Shown here one piece after another: positions 47,147 through 48,559 of a DNA stretch of 48,559 nt; the first letter of the stretch is position 1, and every line of letters begins with the position of its first letter. Made by a program: the position numbers and the translations under genes. Under the pieces are notes generated by a model that was not told the origin of the DNA, ran no database searches, and worked only from the letters and a program-made list of their open reading frames with translations. The stretch comes from Spongospora subterranea f. sp. subterranea (Eukaryota), in assembly GCA_049724395.1 (NCBI GenBank), contig JAUGWO010000079.1, forward strand, positions 1 to 48,559. Reading direction: 5' to 3'.

Positions 47147-47360
47147 TCTGTCCCGGTTGGTGGCAGGTTAGGACCAAGTCAGTGTGAGACTTGAGTTCGA
47201 AAACCCCGTGGGCAGGGATTTTGGGGAATACCCTAAGGTTGGCCAGCTAATACGGAAGTAGAGCGCAGGTTGTTGAGCATGCGAGGAACGAACCTCTTGA
47301 AAAATAGACAGCTGATTTGTAATGATGCGACTTGGGTTCAAGGCATTTCGGCTGTTCCGC
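47147..47360 (+). mobile_element. Probable tRNA-derived SINE (Pol III head plus LINE-like tail), 3'-truncated
   Basis: TCCCGGTTGGTGGCAGGTTAGGAC (tRNA-Glu/Asp-like A-box region), AAGTC-7nt-GACTT arm, GAGTTCGA B-box-like motif; 47262-47346 matches 33283-33367. Confidence 0.5.
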
Positions 47361-47767
47361 GTCCCCTTGACATCTGGCTCCGCTCGCTTCCGAGGGTGCC
47401 GGTAGTAGTCGCTTTGTCAGCGCCTCTATAACCTGGCAGAGACCTCCTGCTCTGCCCGCATGCTCGTCAGCTGTTCTTGCACGCACGCTGGAGGCTTCGT
47501 CGTACACGGACTCTGTTTTCATCGCTCCCGATTATAAAGTTTGGATTATGTGTAGCGATATGTTGCGTTAGGAGCGAGAGATGGAGTAGGAAGTTGAAGT
47601 TGTCTATAATAATCAAACTTTATGATAACACTGAGTCTTAATCAAAACTCCATCGCCTTGATTTCATGACTCATGTCCCTAAACCGAGTGGTGTCACCAC
47701 ATGTCGACGTCTGTTTCTTGACTTTGAAGGAAATGGGACACCCGTTGAGAAAAAAAATGTACCCAGA

Positions 47768-47870
47768 TGTTGATCTTCATGGTTCATATATCAACCTATA
47801 CATACTTTACGGCCTCCGTACGGACTGAACTACGCTCGTGTGTCTTCAATAAACCCACTCACTTCGTTCT
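47768..47870 (+). repeat. Partial solo LTR of the family at 41986-42298
   Basis: Starts TGTTGA; near-identical reverse complement of 42199-42291. Confidence 0.8.
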
Positions 47871-48559
47871 AAGATCCGTCAAAAGGTTCCGGCAGTTTAA
47901 CCTTCGGTTCCTTATGGAGGTGGGGAGATCGGGTGGAGATTCGTCAAAAGGTAATGTTCGTGTCAGGAAAATCCCGACAAACTTCCCGAAATCAAACCTT
48001 TTGACGATTTTCCACCCGATCTCAACTCCATCATTCAGGAACCGAAGGTGAGTATTCACTCAACTTACTTCAATCAACTCCATCGCTTCAAGTCTTACCG
48101 ATGGAGACATCCAATATATCATTAACCAAGCCCCCGTTCCTGGACCAACATGACAGGCTTTCAATAATCACCTTTGTGACAGAATGGGATCATTATAAAG
48201 AACGACATTGACCGCATAAATGCCCATCAGAAAGAAAAAATCGTTTTCGCCTGTTCCATTAAGAGTTCAATCGATCGCTTTTATACACCATAGTTGTTTT
48301 CGACGTGAGCAGAAATGAATCTAAACGTACATTAATTTTAGACCGAGACCTTTAGGCCATCAAAAAGCATGTTGGCGCATCAATATCCGCCTGTGTAGAT
48401 AGCTCACATCTGTTTTCCGAGTAAAGATTCCATGTCTACGATGACCCAGCTCGCAGTGTCCACGTAATATTCGCGCAGATTCGTCAAATTATCACAGCGA
48501 ATGGCCCTTGAACTATTTTCTCAACATGATGATCTAAAGCGTAAACAAGTTTCTGCCAT

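Noticed and set aside
47147..47260. Functional tRNA gene, 5S rRNA or HDV-like ribozyme
   Set aside because: T-arm pairing and anticodon-loop consensus are broken; resemblance to 5S is limited to GGGAATACC; no HDV L3 motif. Kept only as a SINE head candidate.
47871..48559. Possible gene fragments at the window end
   Set aside because: Only short ORFs with no recognisable motif.

Overview
This is eukaryotic, almost entirely transposon-derived DNA, most likely from a fungus or fungus-like protist (the host cannot be fixed from sequence alone). Retroelements: two long APE-RT-RNase H non-LTR retrotransposons that both carry an OTU-like cysteine-protease domain (1-~6100 minus; ~34100-39775 plus), plus a third 3' fragment; three Ty3/gypsy elements, one nested in the gag of another, with a 2.3 kb 29-bp tandem array abutting that gag start; one complete, very recent Ty1/copia (42975-47130; identical 123-bp TA..TA LTRs, ATAAG TSD, PBS matching the anticodon arm of tRNA-Lys(CUU)) and two decayed copias; and a probable tRNA-headed SINE sharing the LINE 3' tail. 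DNA transposons: a complete PIF/Harbinger, a folded-back MULE remnant, a pogo-like fragment and a MITE. Non-TE coding content is limited to a CmcJ/NvfI(AsaB)-like Fe(II)/2OG oxygenase lying between two ~1.14 kb direct copies of a PD-(D/E)XK-nuclease-like gene segment, and an unknown protein with an internally duplicated domain. Many single-base frameshifts fall in homopolymers, even in the youngest element, so some may be long-read assembly errors. All family assignments come from motifs read by eye; no searches were run.
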